The position numbers were made by a program, and so were the translations under genes. Shown here piece by piece: positions 7,908 through 17,212 of a stretch of 64,000 nt of DNA (position 1 is its first letter; each line of letters begins with the position of its first letter). The notes below the pieces were generated by a model, which saw nothing but the letters and a program-made list of their open reading frames with translations, made no database searches and was not told the origin of the DNA. The stretch covers positions 5,349 through 69,348 of the forward strand of contig JAFRUO010000020.1 in assembly GCA_017438845.1 (NCBI GenBank), in the 5' to 3' direction. The stretch is from Clostridia bacterium. GTDB taxonomy: Bacteria; Bacillota; Clostridia; Oscillospirales; Acutalibacteraceae.

Positions 7908-8915
7908 ATGATTGTTATTTTGAAAAACAACGCCGAACAGCAGAAGGTTGAAATTTTAAAGCAATGGCTTGAAAACCAGCAGCTTTCAATTCACGAGTCT
8001 GTCGGTGAATACCAGAGAGTATGGGGTCTTGTAGGCGACACCAGCAGAATCGACACCGATTTAATCGAAGGTCTTGACATAGTTGAGGGCGTAAGGAGAA
8101 TTTCCGAGCCCTACAAGCAGGCGAACAGAAAGTTTCACCCCGACGACACCGTAATCGACCTCGGCGGCGGCAACCTTATCGGCGGCGGTCATTTTCAGTA
8201 TTTTGCAGGCCCCTGCTCGGTTGAAAGCGAGGAGCAGATTATCGAGGTCGCAAAGGCCGTTAAAAAATCGGGCGCCAATATTTTAAGGGGCGGCGCATTT
8301 AAGCCGAGAACATCACCGTATGCTTTCCAGGGCATGAGGGCGGAGGGACTTCGCCTTTTACTGCTTGCAAAAGAGGTTACGGGTATGCCGATTTGTACCG
8401 AGATAATGGACGCTTCACACCTTGACCTTTTCGAGGAGGTTGACATTATCCAGGTCGGCGCGCGTAATATGCAGAACTTTGAGCTTTTAAAGGAACTCGG
8501 AAAAACCGACAAGCCGATTTTCCTTAAAAGAGGTCTTTCCGCAACCTTCCAGGAGCTTCTTATGAGCGCTGAATACATCATGGCAAACGGTAACAGTAAG
8601 GTTATCCTCTGCGAAAGGGGAATCCGCACCTTTGAAACCGCAACAAGAAACACGCTGGATTTGTCGGCGGTGCCGATGCTTCACGAGAAATCGCACCTCC
8701 CGGTAGTAATTGACCCGAGTCACGCTTCGGGTATCGCAAGGTTTGTAAAGCCGATGTCATATGCCGCGGCGGCAAGCGGTTGCGACGGACTTATGATAGA
8801 GGTTCATAACGACCCTGCAAAGGCGCTTTCCGACGGCCCTCAGGCATTAAGACCCGAGGAATTTGACGAGGTCGTCAAGGGCGTTGAAAAAATCAGAAAT
8901 GCATTAAAGGACTGA
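7908..8915 (+). CDS. aroF: 3-deoxy-7-phosphoheptulonate (DAHP) synthase, type I-beta with an N-terminal regulatory extension
   Basis: 335 aa. KDO8P/DAHP-synthase I-beta core (GPCSVES, KPRTSPY..FQG, DPSH) after a ~70-aa N-terminal domain. First gene of the shikimate cluster. Confidence 0.85.
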   Translation: MIVILKNNAEQQKVEILKQWLENQQLSIHESVGEYQRVWGLVGDTSRIDTDLIEGLDIVEGVRRISEPYKQANRKFHPDDTVIDLGGGNLIGGGHFQYFAGPCSVESEEQIIEVAKAVKKSGANILRGGAFKPRTSPYAFQGMRAEGLRLLLLAKEVTGMPICTEIMDASHLDLFEEVDIIQVGARNMQNFELLKELGKTDKPIFLKRGLSATFQELLMSAEYIMANGNSKVILCERGIRTFETATRNTLDLSAVPMLHEKSHLPVVIDPSHASGIARFVKPMSYAAAASGCDGLMIEVHNDPAKALSDGPQALRPEEFDEVVKGVEKIRNALKD

Positions 8916-8919
8916 TAAA

Positions 8920-9765
8920 ATGTTAATCGGAGTAGTCGGCCTCGGACTTATCGGAGGCTCACTTGCAAAGGCGATTAAATACAACACCCTCAACACGGTG
9001 CTCGGCAGAGATATTGACCTTAATGTTACGCTCAAGGCAAAGCTGCTCGGGGCGATTGACGGCGATCTTACAGACGAAAAGCTATCCGAGTGCGATATTA
9101 TTATCACGGGGCTTTACCCTCAAAGTACAATTGATTTTGTCACGGAGAATGCCGACCTGATAAAAAAGAACGCGATAGTTATTGACACCTGCGGAGTAAA
9201 GGAGTTTGTCTGCGAAAAGCTCTTTGCGCTCGCCGAGGAGCACGGCTTTACCTTTGTCGGAGCGCATCCGATGGCGGGGCTTCACCTCTCCGGCTTTGAA
9301 AACTCAAAGGTTACGATGTTTAATAACGCCTCAATGATTCTTGTGCCCGGTGGTAATACCGACATCAATATTCTTGAAAAAGTGAAAAAGCTGTTTTTGT
9401 CTATCGGCTTTACTAATATTCAGATTACCACCGCCCGTGAGCATGACAGAATTATTGCCTTCACCTCACAGCTCGCCCATGTTGTGTCAAACGCCTATGT
9501 AAAAAGCCCGACTGCGAAGCTTCATAAGGGCTTTTCGGCGGGAAGCTATAAGGATTTAACAAGGGTTGCAAAGCTCAACGAGGTAATGTGGACGGAGCTG
9601 TTTTTTGAGAACAGGGACAACCTGATAACCGAAATTGACTTTATTACGGAAGAGCTTAAAAAATATTCCGACGCTCTCAGAAGCTGTGACGAGGAGGCTC
9701 TGCTTTCGCTTTTGAAGGACGGCAGAGAGTGTAAGGAAGCTATTGACGGGGAGTATACCGATTAA
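8920..9765 (+). CDS. tyrA: Prephenate dehydrogenase
   Basis: Rossmann N-terminus IGVVGLGLIGGSLA and the GAHPMAG motif. Confidence 0.85.
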   Translation: MLIGVVGLGLIGGSLAKAIKYNTLNTVLGRDIDLNVTLKAKLLGAIDGDLTDEKLSECDIIITGLYPQSTIDFVTENADLIKKNAIVIDTCGVKEFVCEKLFALAEEHGFTFVGAHPMAGLHLSGFENSKVTMFNNASMILVPGGNTDINILEKVKKLFLSIGFTNIQITTAREHDRIIAFTSQLAHVVSNAYVKSPTAKLHKGFSAGSYKDLTRVAKLNEVMWTELFFENRDNLITEIDFITEELKKYSDALRSCDEEALLSLLKDGRECKEAIDGEYTD

Positions 9766-9774
9766 GGAGCAGTT

Positions 9775-10839
9775 ATGGAAAAGGTGCTTGTAAAAACCGA
9801 AAAGAGCTATGAATGCCTTATCGGAAGAGGCTTGCTAAAAAAATGCGGCAGTCTTATTAAAGAAACGGTCAGCGCAAAAACAATTGCGATAGTTACCGAT
9901 GACCTTGTTGACAGGCTTTACTCACAGACGGTTGAGGTCTCTTTGAAACAGCAGGGCTTTGAAACCGTTAAATACGTTTTTAAAAACGGAGAAGCCTCGA
10001 AGAATATTTCGGTCTTTTCCGAGATGCTTGAATTTATGGCGCAAAGCAGGCTTACGAGAGGCGACTGTATTCTTGCGCTCGGCGGCGGAGTGGTCGGAGA
10101 TATGGCAGGCTTTTGCGCCGCAACCTATTTAAGGGGCGTGCCGTACATACAGCTTCCCACAACTTTGCTCGCAATGGTCGACTCATCTGTCGGTGGGAAA
10201 ACCGCAATTGATTTAAGGGCGGGCAAAAACCTTGCAGGCGCTTTTTATCAGCCCGAGCTGGTTATTGCCGATGTCGATACATTGGCTACGCTGAAGGCGG
10301 AAACCTTTGCCGACGGCATGGCGGAAACTATTAAATACGGCGTGCTTTTTGACAGAGAGTTTTTTGATTTTCTAAAGGAAAACGATGCGTCAGGTGAGCT
10401 TGAAAAAATTGTAAAACGCTGTATTGAGTTTAAGAGAGATACGGTCGAAAGGGATGAAACCGAGAAGGGCGAAAGGGCTCTGCTCAACCTCGGTCACACA
10501 ATCGGCCACGCAATTGAAAAATGCAGCTCGTATACCGTTACTCACGGCAGTGCGGTGGCGGCAGGTATGTGTATTATAGCGAAGGGCGCATATAGGTGCG
10601 GCTTATGCGAAGAGAACATATATGATGAGCTGGTGAGCATATTGAAAAAGTACGGTCTGCCGACAGAAAGCACCTTTACTTCCGAGCAGTTATTTGATAT
10701 GGCTTTGTCGGACAAGAAAATGAAATCGGACGGAATAACGCTCGTTATTCCCGAAAAAATCGGTCGGTGCAGACTGCTTAAAGCTGAATTAAGTTTACTC
10801 AAGGACATAATCGAAAAGGGGACAGGTAATGAAGATTAA
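9775..10839 (+). CDS. aroB: 3-dehydroquinate synthase
   Basis: GGGVVGDMAGF, DSSVGGKTAI and NLGHTIGHAIE motifs. Confidence 0.9.
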   Translation: MEKVLVKTEKSYECLIGRGLLKKCGSLIKETVSAKTIAIVTDDLVDRLYSQTVEVSLKQQGFETVKYVFKNGEASKNISVFSEMLEFMAQSRLTRGDCILALGGGVVGDMAGFCAATYLRGVPYIQLPTTLLAMVDSSVGGKTAIDLRAGKNLAGAFYQPELVIADVDTLATLKAETFADGMAETIKYGVLFDREFFDFLKENDASGELEKIVKRCIEFKRDTVERDETEKGERALLNLGHTIGHAIEKCSSYTVTHGSAVAAGMCIIAKGAYRCGLCEENIYDELVSILKKYGLPTESTFTSEQLFDMALSDKKMKSDGITLVIPEKIGRCRLLKAELSLLKDIIEKGTGNED

Positions 10840-12097
10840 AATCAAACCGAGCGTCCTTAACGGAAAAATAAAGGCGATTTCCTCAAAATCGCAGGTACAC
10901 AGAATGCTGATTGCCGCGGCGCTTGCCGACGGGGAAACTGCCATTTTCTTTGACAGTACAGGCGAGGATATAGACGCTACCGTTGATTGCCTTACCGCTC
11001 TCGGAGCGAAAATTGAAAAAGGCAACGGCTGTCTTAAGGTAACACCGATTAAGGAAGCACCGCTTAAGGCAACTCTTGACTGCAGAGAAAGCGGCTCGAC
11101 GCTGAGGTTCCTGTTACCTGTGGCGGGTGCGCTCGGCGTAAGCGCCTGCTTTACGGGCTCGGGCAGACTTCCGTCAAGACCGATTATGCCCCTCAGGCGT
11201 GAAATGGAAAACGCAGGAATCAGCTTTTCCGAGCCGTGGAAATTCCCGATTGAGATTTCGGGCAAGCTTGAGCCGGGAGCTTATCAGCTCAAGGGCGACG
11301 TCAGCTCACAGTTTGTAACGGGGCTTTTGGTTGCTCTTCCTCTGCTCGACGGTGACAGCACGCTAAGGCTTATCCCTCCCGTTGAATCACGTCCGTATAT
11401 TGATATGACTCTTGAGGTACTGAGTTTCTTCGGCATTAAAATAGAGGAAAAGGATAACAGCTTTTTTATAAAGGGTGCTCAGAAATACCGTTCTCCCGAA
11501 ACCCTGACCGCAGAGGGCGACTGGTCGAATGCGGCGTTTTTCCTCACGGCAGGGGCGCTGGCAGGAAGCGTTACCGTTACGGGGCTTAACCCGACATCGC
11601 TTCAGGGCGACAGGAAAATTACAGAGCTTTTAGAGCAGATGGGTGCCGACGTTTCAGTCCTTGACGGTGAAGTTACCGTCAGCAGAAATAAGCTCAAGGC
11701 AATAAGCATTGACGCTGCCGACATACCCGACCTTGTGCCTGTCTTAAGCGTGGCAAATGCGGCGGCGGACGAGGGGCTTTGCGTTATTTCAAACGCTCAA
11801 CGCCTTAAAATAAAGGAAAGCGACAGACTTGCGGCGGTAAGCGAATGCCTTAACAACATAGGCAACGTCAACGCACAGACAGACGACGGCATTGTCATCT
11901 GGACTTATGAAAGGCTCACAGGTGGCGAGGTTTTCTCCTTTAACGACCACAGAATTGTTATGGCTATGGCGATAGCGTCTGCGGCATGTGAAGGCGATAT
12001 AACAATAAGAAATGCGGAGGCGGTGAGCAAATCGTACCCCGATTTCTTTGAGGATTTTAAACTATTGGGAGGTAAGGCAGATGTCATCGATTCTTAA
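10829..12097 (+). CDS. aroA: 3-phosphoshikimate 1-carboxyvinyltransferase (EPSP synthase)
   Basis: 422 aa with KSQVHRMLIAAALA, SGSTLRFL and NDHRIVMAMAIA motifs. Overlaps the aroB end by 11 nt. Confidence 0.9.
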   Translation: MKIKIKPSVLNGKIKAISSKSQVHRMLIAAALADGETAIFFDSTGEDIDATVDCLTALGAKIEKGNGCLKVTPIKEAPLKATLDCRESGSTLRFLLPVAGALGVSACFTGSGRLPSRPIMPLRREMENAGISFSEPWKFPIEISGKLEPGAYQLKGDVSSQFVTGLLVALPLLDGDSTLRLIPPVESRPYIDMTLEVLSFFGIKIEEKDNSFFIKGAQKYRSPETLTAEGDWSNAAFFLTAGALAGSVTVTGLNPTSLQGDRKITELLEQMGADVSVLDGEVTVSRNKLKAISIDAADIPDLVPVLSVANAAADEGLCVISNAQRLKIKESDRLAAVSECLNNIGNVNAQTDDGIVIWTYERLTGGEVFSFNDHRIVMAMAIASAACEGDITIRNAEAVSKSYPDFFEDFKLLGGKADVIDS

Positions 12098-13151
12098 AGG
12101 CAATAAGCTCAGCGTATCGGTTTTCGGTCAGTCTCATTCCGAATGTATAGGAGCGGTAATTGACGGGCTTCCTGCAGGAGCGGAAATCGACAGAGACAGG
12201 ATTAATGCATTTATGGGAAGGCGTGCGCCCGGGCAGAATTTCTTTTCTACCCTTCGCAAGGAAACGGACAGACCCGAGTTTTTAAGCGGACTTGTCGACG
12301 GCGTAACCTGCGGTGCTCCGCTTGCGTTTAAAATCGACAATGCCAATGCAAAAAGCGCAGATTACGAAAGCCTTAAGAAAACTCCCAGACCGTCACACGC
12401 AGACTATACGGCTTACGTCAAGTTCGAAGGGCACAACGACATTGCAGGCGGCGGGCAGTTCTCGGGCAGACTTACCGCGCCCCTTTGCTGTGCAGGAGCA
12501 ATCTGCCTGCAGCTTTTAGAGGAAAAGGGCATTACGGTAAAAAGCCATATTTATTCGATTAAAGATGTAAGGGACGACGCATTCAATGCCGACAACCTTT
12601 TTGACAGTGAAATAAAACTAAACCCGTTTTTCCCCGTGCTTAACCGATTTAACGGCGATAGGATGAAAACGGTAATACAGACGGCTATGGAAAATTCCGA
12701 CTCCGTAGGCGGAGTGATTGAGTGTGCAGTGCTCGGGCTTCCGACAGGACTCGGAGAGCCGATGTTTGACGGAATGGAAAACATAATCGCAAAAAACATT
12801 TTCGCCATTCCCGCAGTAAAGGGAATTGAGTTCGGGAGCGGCTTTGAGGGAACGCTGAAGTACGGCAGTGAAAACAATGATGATTTCACCGTAAAGGACG
12901 GAAAAATTTCGACCGTTACCAACAACCACGGGGGTATTCTCGGAGGTATTACCTCGGGTATGCCGCTTGTGTTCAGGGTTGCGGTCAAGCCTACACCGTC
13001 TATCGGTACCGAGCAGACCAGCGTAAACCTTGATACCAAAAAAGAAGAAGCACTTACCGTAAGAGGCAGACATGACCCGTGTATTGTTCCGAGGGCTGTG
13101 CCTGCGGTCGAAGCGGTTGCCGCCATAACTGTGCTTGACTTGTTGCTTTAA
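12081..13151 (+). CDS. aroC: Chorismate synthase
   Basis: FGQSHSE.IGAVIDG N-terminus and RPSHADY, GRHDPCIVPRAV motifs. GGAGG lies upstream of ATG 12081; the track start at 12048 lies inside aroA. Confidence 0.9.
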   Translation: MSSILKGNKLSVSVFGQSHSECIGAVIDGLPAGAEIDRDRINAFMGRRAPGQNFFSTLRKETDRPEFLSGLVDGVTCGAPLAFKIDNANAKSADYESLKKTPRPSHADYTAYVKFEGHNDIAGGGQFSGRLTAPLCCAGAICLQLLEEKGITVKSHIYSIKDVRDDAFNADNLFDSEIKLNPFFPVLNRFNGDRMKTVIQTAMENSDSVGGVIECAVLGLPTGLGEPMFDGMENIIAKNIFAIPAVKGIEFGSGFEGTLKYGSENNDDFTVKDGKISTVTNNHGGILGGITSGMPLVFRVAVKPTPSIGTEQTSVNLDTKKEEALTVRGRHDPCIVPRAVPAVEAVAAITVLDLLL

Positions 13152-13162
13152 GGAGGTAAAAA

Positions 13163-14308
13163 ATGAATATAGATCAATTAAGAAGGAATATAGACTCAAT
13201 TGATACGGAGCTTGTAGAGCTCTTTAAAAGAAGAATGAAAACTGCGGCTGATATTGCGGAATACAAGCAGCAGAATAACCTGCCCGTGCTCGATAAGTCG
13301 AGGGAGAGAGAGCTTTTAAACAAGGTCGCCGATATAAGCGGCGAGGAGTACGAAAACTATACCCTCAGGCTTTATTCGCAGATACTTGAGCTTTCAAAGG
13401 CATATCAGAGCAAGATAATCAAAACACCGAGTCCCCTGTATGAAAAGATAAGCGAGGCGGTGGCAAACAAGGACCGTGTTCAGTTTCCCGAAAAGGCAAT
13501 TGTCGCTTGTCAGGGTGTAGAGGGGGCATACTCGTCGCTTGCGTGCGAGAAGCTTTTCAGAACGCCGAGCATTATGTTTGTAAACAGCTTTGACGCAGTC
13601 TTTTCCGCAGTCAGTCAAGGGCTTTGTCAGTACGGTGTGCTTCCGATTGAGAACAGTACGGCAGGCTCGGTAAACCGAGTGTACGACCTGATGGACAAAC
13701 AGAAGTTCAGCATTGTAAAATGTGTACGTCTTAAAATTAACCACTCGCTTCTTACTAAAAAAGGAACAAGGCTTGAGGATATTAAGGAAATTTACTCACA
13801 CGAAATGGCAATTGCACAGAGCGCCGATTTCCTTTCAACGCTTGACGGAGTAAAGATAATTCCCTGCGACAACACGGCAGTCGCCGCCAAAATGGTGGCA
13901 GACAGTGAGCGTAACGATGTTGCGGCCATCTCCTCTGCCGAATGTGCGGCGTTGTACGGGCTTGAGACCCTGTGTGAAGCCGTGCAGGACAAGGCGGACA
14001 ACTATACGCGTTTTATCTGTATTTCCAAAAAGCTTGAAATATATCCGGGCGCTGACAAAACAAGCCTTGTGCTGACCCTTCCGCATAAGCCGGGCGCACT
14101 GTATAATCTGCTTTCCATGTTCTCTGCGCTTGACATAAATATTTTAAAGCTTGAAAGCCGACCGCTTGACGGCAGAGATTTTGAATTTATGTTCTATTTC
14201 GACGTAGAGGCTTCCGTCTATTCGGATAAATTTTTGCAGATGATAACCGAACTTCCCGAAGCGACCGAGAGCTTTTCCTACCTTGGCAGCTACAGCGAAA
14301 CGGTTTAA
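13163..14308 (+). CDS. pheA: Bifunctional chorismate mutase / prephenate dehydratase (P-protein) with a C-terminal ACT domain
   Basis: N-terminal CM_2 helix (LRRNIDSIDTELVELFKRRM), a PDT core (PIENSTAGSV) and an ACT-like tail (ESRP..). Confidence 0.85.
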   Translation: MNIDQLRRNIDSIDTELVELFKRRMKTAADIAEYKQQNNLPVLDKSRERELLNKVADISGEEYENYTLRLYSQILELSKAYQSKIIKTPSPLYEKISEAVANKDRVQFPEKAIVACQGVEGAYSSLACEKLFRTPSIMFVNSFDAVFSAVSQGLCQYGVLPIENSTAGSVNRVYDLMDKQKFSIVKCVRLKINHSLLTKKGTRLEDIKEIYSHEMAIAQSADFLSTLDGVKIIPCDNTAVAAKMVADSERNDVAAISSAECAALYGLETLCEAVQDKADNYTRFICISKKLEIYPGADKTSLVLTLPHKPGALYNLLSMFSALDINILKLESRPLDGRDFEFMFYFDVEASVYSDKFLQMITELPEATESFSYLGSYSETV

Positions 14309-14454
14309 CAAAGTGTTCATACTTGTTTACAAATTGTTTAAGCAATGTCTATTGATTTGACATATTTAAACGTTATACTTTAATCATCAAGTAAAGAGAA
14401 GCGAATACGGCTTCTGTTTACAAGATACTTTTTCATTTATCCCTTTTCTTCCCC

Positions 14455-14492
14455 TAAAAAAAGAACGCCCCCGAAAGGGGCGTTCTTTTTGT
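14455..14492. terminator. Bidirectional intrinsic terminator (end of the aro operon)
   Basis: A-run, AAGAACGCCCC / GGGGCGTTCTT 11-bp stem, T-run. Confidence 0.75.
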
Positions 14493-14512
14493 TAAAACTG
14501 AAATTCAGCAAA

Positions 14513-14541
14513 GAAAAAGCTCCCCGAGGGGAGCTTTTTTG
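14513..14541. terminator. Bidirectional intrinsic terminator (end of the minus-strand GH3 gene)
   Basis: AAAAAGCTCCC-CGAG-GGGAGCTTTTTT immediately after the GH3 stop. Confidence 0.7.
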
Positions 14542-16989
14542 TTAGATTTCTTTAAGTCTGCCGAGGCGCTTGATTCCGCCGCCGAACAGGAAGCCGCCGA
14601 AGATTTTGCCCATTCCTCTGAAGAACTTATCCTCGTTAAGAATAAGAAGTAAGCCCTGAGCCATCTTGGGGCTGAAAATGCCGAAACTCATGGAAATGAA
14701 GTTTTTAATCGGGAGCTGTAAAGCGACCGCACTCATGAGGTTGTCATCGCCGAGTATCTTCTTAAGCAGTCTGTTGAATCTGCCGCCCCACTTGCCGTCA
14801 GCCGCGTCCTCGATTGTGTTTGCGATTGTAAGCGGCTTTGACTTATCTCTGGTGCTCGGGGGGATTTCGTGACCTAAAACGGACTTGAACGCCTCGTCGG
14901 AAACAGCGGTAATGTCAGCCGAATAGTAGCAAGGAGCAAGCTTTGAGTAGTCGGGAATTGCATAGGCAACCGTTGACTCTACGTTTACGCTTGTTTCAAG
15001 TCTGATGTCACGGCTTGAAGCGCCGACAAGAATTTTAAATTCGCCGCTTTCAACCTGCCAGTCGTGAGCGTCTACGTTGTAGAAGGCGAAGGCACGCTTA
15101 TCAAGCTCGATTTCGACCTCTTTTTCCTCGCCTGCCCGGAGGAACACCTTCTTGAAGCCTTTAAGCTCCTTGACGGGACGGTAAATAGTTGACTCAACGT
15201 CATTGATATAGAGCTGAGCTGCCTCTGCGCCGTCTCTTGTACCTGTGTTTTTGATTTTGAAGCTTACCTTGAGGGTGTCGGTGTCCTTGATTGATTCCGA
15301 GGAAAGCTTAATATCGCTGTATTCAAACGTGGTGTAGGAAAGGCCGTGACCGAAGGGGAAGCAAACGTCCTTGTTTGCGCTGTCGTAATATCTGTAGCCT
15401 ACATAGATACCCTCTCTGTACTCAACGGAAACCTGAGTGCCGGGGAAGTAGTTGTAGCTTGAGTTGTCCTCAAGCGCCCAGGGGTAGGTTTCTGCAAGCT
15501 TACCCGACGGGTTGACATTTCCGTACAGGATGTCGCAGACTGCGCTGCCGCCTGTCTGACCGGTAAGGAACATATTGAGAATTGCAGGAACCTCTTTAAC
15601 CCACGGCATCTGAACAACTGCGCCGCCTGCAAGAACGACAACAACGTTCTTGTTAACCTTAAGTACCTCTTCTACAAGGCGGTTGTGAAGCGGAGGAAGC
15701 GAGAGGTGTCTGCGGTCGCAGCCCTCTGTTTCGTATTCGTCCGTAAGGCCTATGAAGAGAAGCGCAACCTCTGCGCCCTTTGCGGCTTTGACAGCCTCTT
15801 CGACAAACTGATCGTCGGAAATTTTGTTTTTCTTTTCGGTTGAATAGCCCTGAGCATATTCAAAGTCGATACCCATTTTCTTGAGCGTATCATAAGCGCA
15901 GTCAAGCTTGATGGGGTTAATCAGCGACGAGCCTGCGCCCTGATAACGGGGCTTCTTTGCCATTTCGCCGATAACGGCAACTTTCTTGTTTTTGTTAAGC
16001 GGAAGAAGGTCGCCGTCGTTCTTCATCAGTACCATGCACTGCGAAGCAATCTTCTTTGCGATTTCGTGGTGCTCGTCGGGGTCGTATGTATAGTCGCCGA
16101 GGGTTGCGGTTGCCTTGTCGACAAGGGTTAAGATAAGGTCGACTGCGTTGTCAAGCACCGCCTCGTCAAGGCTTCCGTCCTCAACGGCTTTGATGATAGC
16201 CTTTGTGCCGTCACCCGTGGAGGTGGGCATTTCAAGCTCCTGACCCGCGATAAGGCCGGCAACTCTATCGTTCTCTGCGCCCCAGTCGGTAACAATAAGG
16301 TTTTCATAGCCGAAGTCCTTACGAAGTACGTCTGTAAGGAGCCATTTGTTTTCGGCGCAGTAGTGACCGTTTAACCTGTTGTATGCGTTCATAATTGTCC
16401 AAGGCTGAGCCTTTTTAACGGCAATTTCGAACGGACGTAAATAAATTTCACGCAGTGTTCTTTCGTCGACAACCGTGTTGACGGTCATACGTCTTGTTTC
16501 CTGGTTGTTGGCGGCATAGTGCTTTAACGAGGTGCCGATGCCCTTTGACTGAACGCCGTTGATGAAGGCGGCTGACATTTCACCTGCAAGAAGCGGATCC
16601 TCGGAAAAATACTCAAAGTTTCTTCCGCAAAGGGGAGAACGCTTGATGTTGGTGCCGGGTCCTAAAAGCACCGAAACCTTTTCCTTGCGGCATTCGTCGC
16701 CGAGGGCTTCGCCCATTGAACGGATAAGGTCAACGTCCCAAGAGCAGGCTGTTGCCGAAGCTGTCGGGAAGCAGATGGCGGGAACGCCCTTTAAAAGGTC
16801 GGTTTCGCCCTTTTTAACCTCATCGGGGTTACCCTTTTTACGGATTCCGTGAGGTCCGTCGTTGAGGGCTACCGATTTGATACCTAAACGCTCGACGGGC
16901 TGAGTGTGCCAGTAGTCAAGACCGTCACACATACTTGCCTTTTCTTCAAGCGTCATCTTTTTGATAAGCTCTTCATGCTTGAGTGCCAT
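14542..16989 (-). CDS. Glycoside hydrolase family 3 beta-glucosidase (BglX-like)
   Basis: GPHGIRK, KHYAANNQE and VTDWGA (nucleophile Asp region) plus a FnIII-like C-terminal domain. ATG 16989 (MALKHEELIKKMTLEEK) follows GGAGG; the 14 extra codons in the track have no SD. Confidence 0.85.
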   Translation of the reverse strand: MALKHEELIKKMTLEEKASMCDGLDYWHTQPVERLGIKSVALNDGPHGIRKKGNPDEVKKGETDLLKGVPAICFPTASATACSWDVDLIRSMGEALGDECRKEKVSVLLGPGTNIKRSPLCGRNFEYFSEDPLLAGEMSAAFINGVQSKGIGTSLKHYAANNQETRRMTVNTVVDERTLREIYLRPFEIAVKKAQPWTIMNAYNRLNGHYCAENKWLLTDVLRKDFGYENLIVTDWGAENDRVAGLIAGQELEMPTSTGDGTKAIIKAVEDGSLDEAVLDNAVDLILTLVDKATATLGDYTYDPDEHHEIAKKIASQCMVLMKNDGDLLPLNKNKKVAVIGEMAKKPRYQGAGSSLINPIKLDCAYDTLKKMGIDFEYAQGYSTEKKNKISDDQFVEEAVKAAKGAEVALLFIGLTDEYETEGCDRRHLSLPPLHNRLVEEVLKVNKNVVVVLAGGAVVQMPWVKEVPAILNMFLTGQTGGSAVCDILYGNVNPSGKLAETYPWALEDNSSYNYFPGTQVSVEYREGIYVGYRYYDSANKDVCFPFGHGLSYTTFEYSDIKLSSESIKDTDTLKVSFKIKNTGTRDGAEAAQLYINDVESTIYRPVKELKGFKKVFLRAGEEKEVEIELDKRAFAFYNVDAHDWQVESGEFKILVGASSRDIRLETSVNVESTVAYAIPDYSKLAPCYYSADITAVSDEAFKSVLGHEIPPSTRDKSKPLTIANTIEDAADGKWGGRFNRLLKKILGDDNLMSAVALQLPIKNFISMSFGIFSPKMAQGLLLILNEDKFFRGMGKIFGGFLFGGGIKRLGRLKEI

Positions 16990-17212
16990 TTTCAATCCTC
17001 CTGTTATGAAAAGTACTTTTAAACATATCAAATACTATAATATAACAAAACACGGGAATTTACAAGTAAATGCGAGGATTTGAGAATTTATTTGTAAGGT
17101 TTTCACATATTACAGGGGCAAAATATGAACAATATGACAAGGAAAGCGCCTTGTTGCGTTTTGTTACAGTATGTGTTAAAATATTTGTTAATAAATTATT
17201 AGGAGTGCAGGT

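Noticed and set aside
10795-13199. Long antisense ORFs inside aroA/aroC (10795..11265, 12551..13126, 12618..13199) and similar ones inside the PBP gene, rpoB, rpoC, fusA, tuf, iolD and the ABC genes
   Set aside because: They are shadow ORFs opposite strongly supported conserved genes. They have Ser/Pro/Arg-rich composition, no SD signals and no recognisable families.
14352-14490. Possible independent small RNA between pheA and the first terminator (TTGATT-16-TATACT at 14352-14379, hairpin AGAAGC/GCTTCT, terminator 14455-14492)
   Set aside because: pheA has no terminator of its own before 14455, so this stretch is most simply the 3' UTR of the aro operon. The promoter match is moderate and sits in A+T-rich sequence, where such matches arise by chance.
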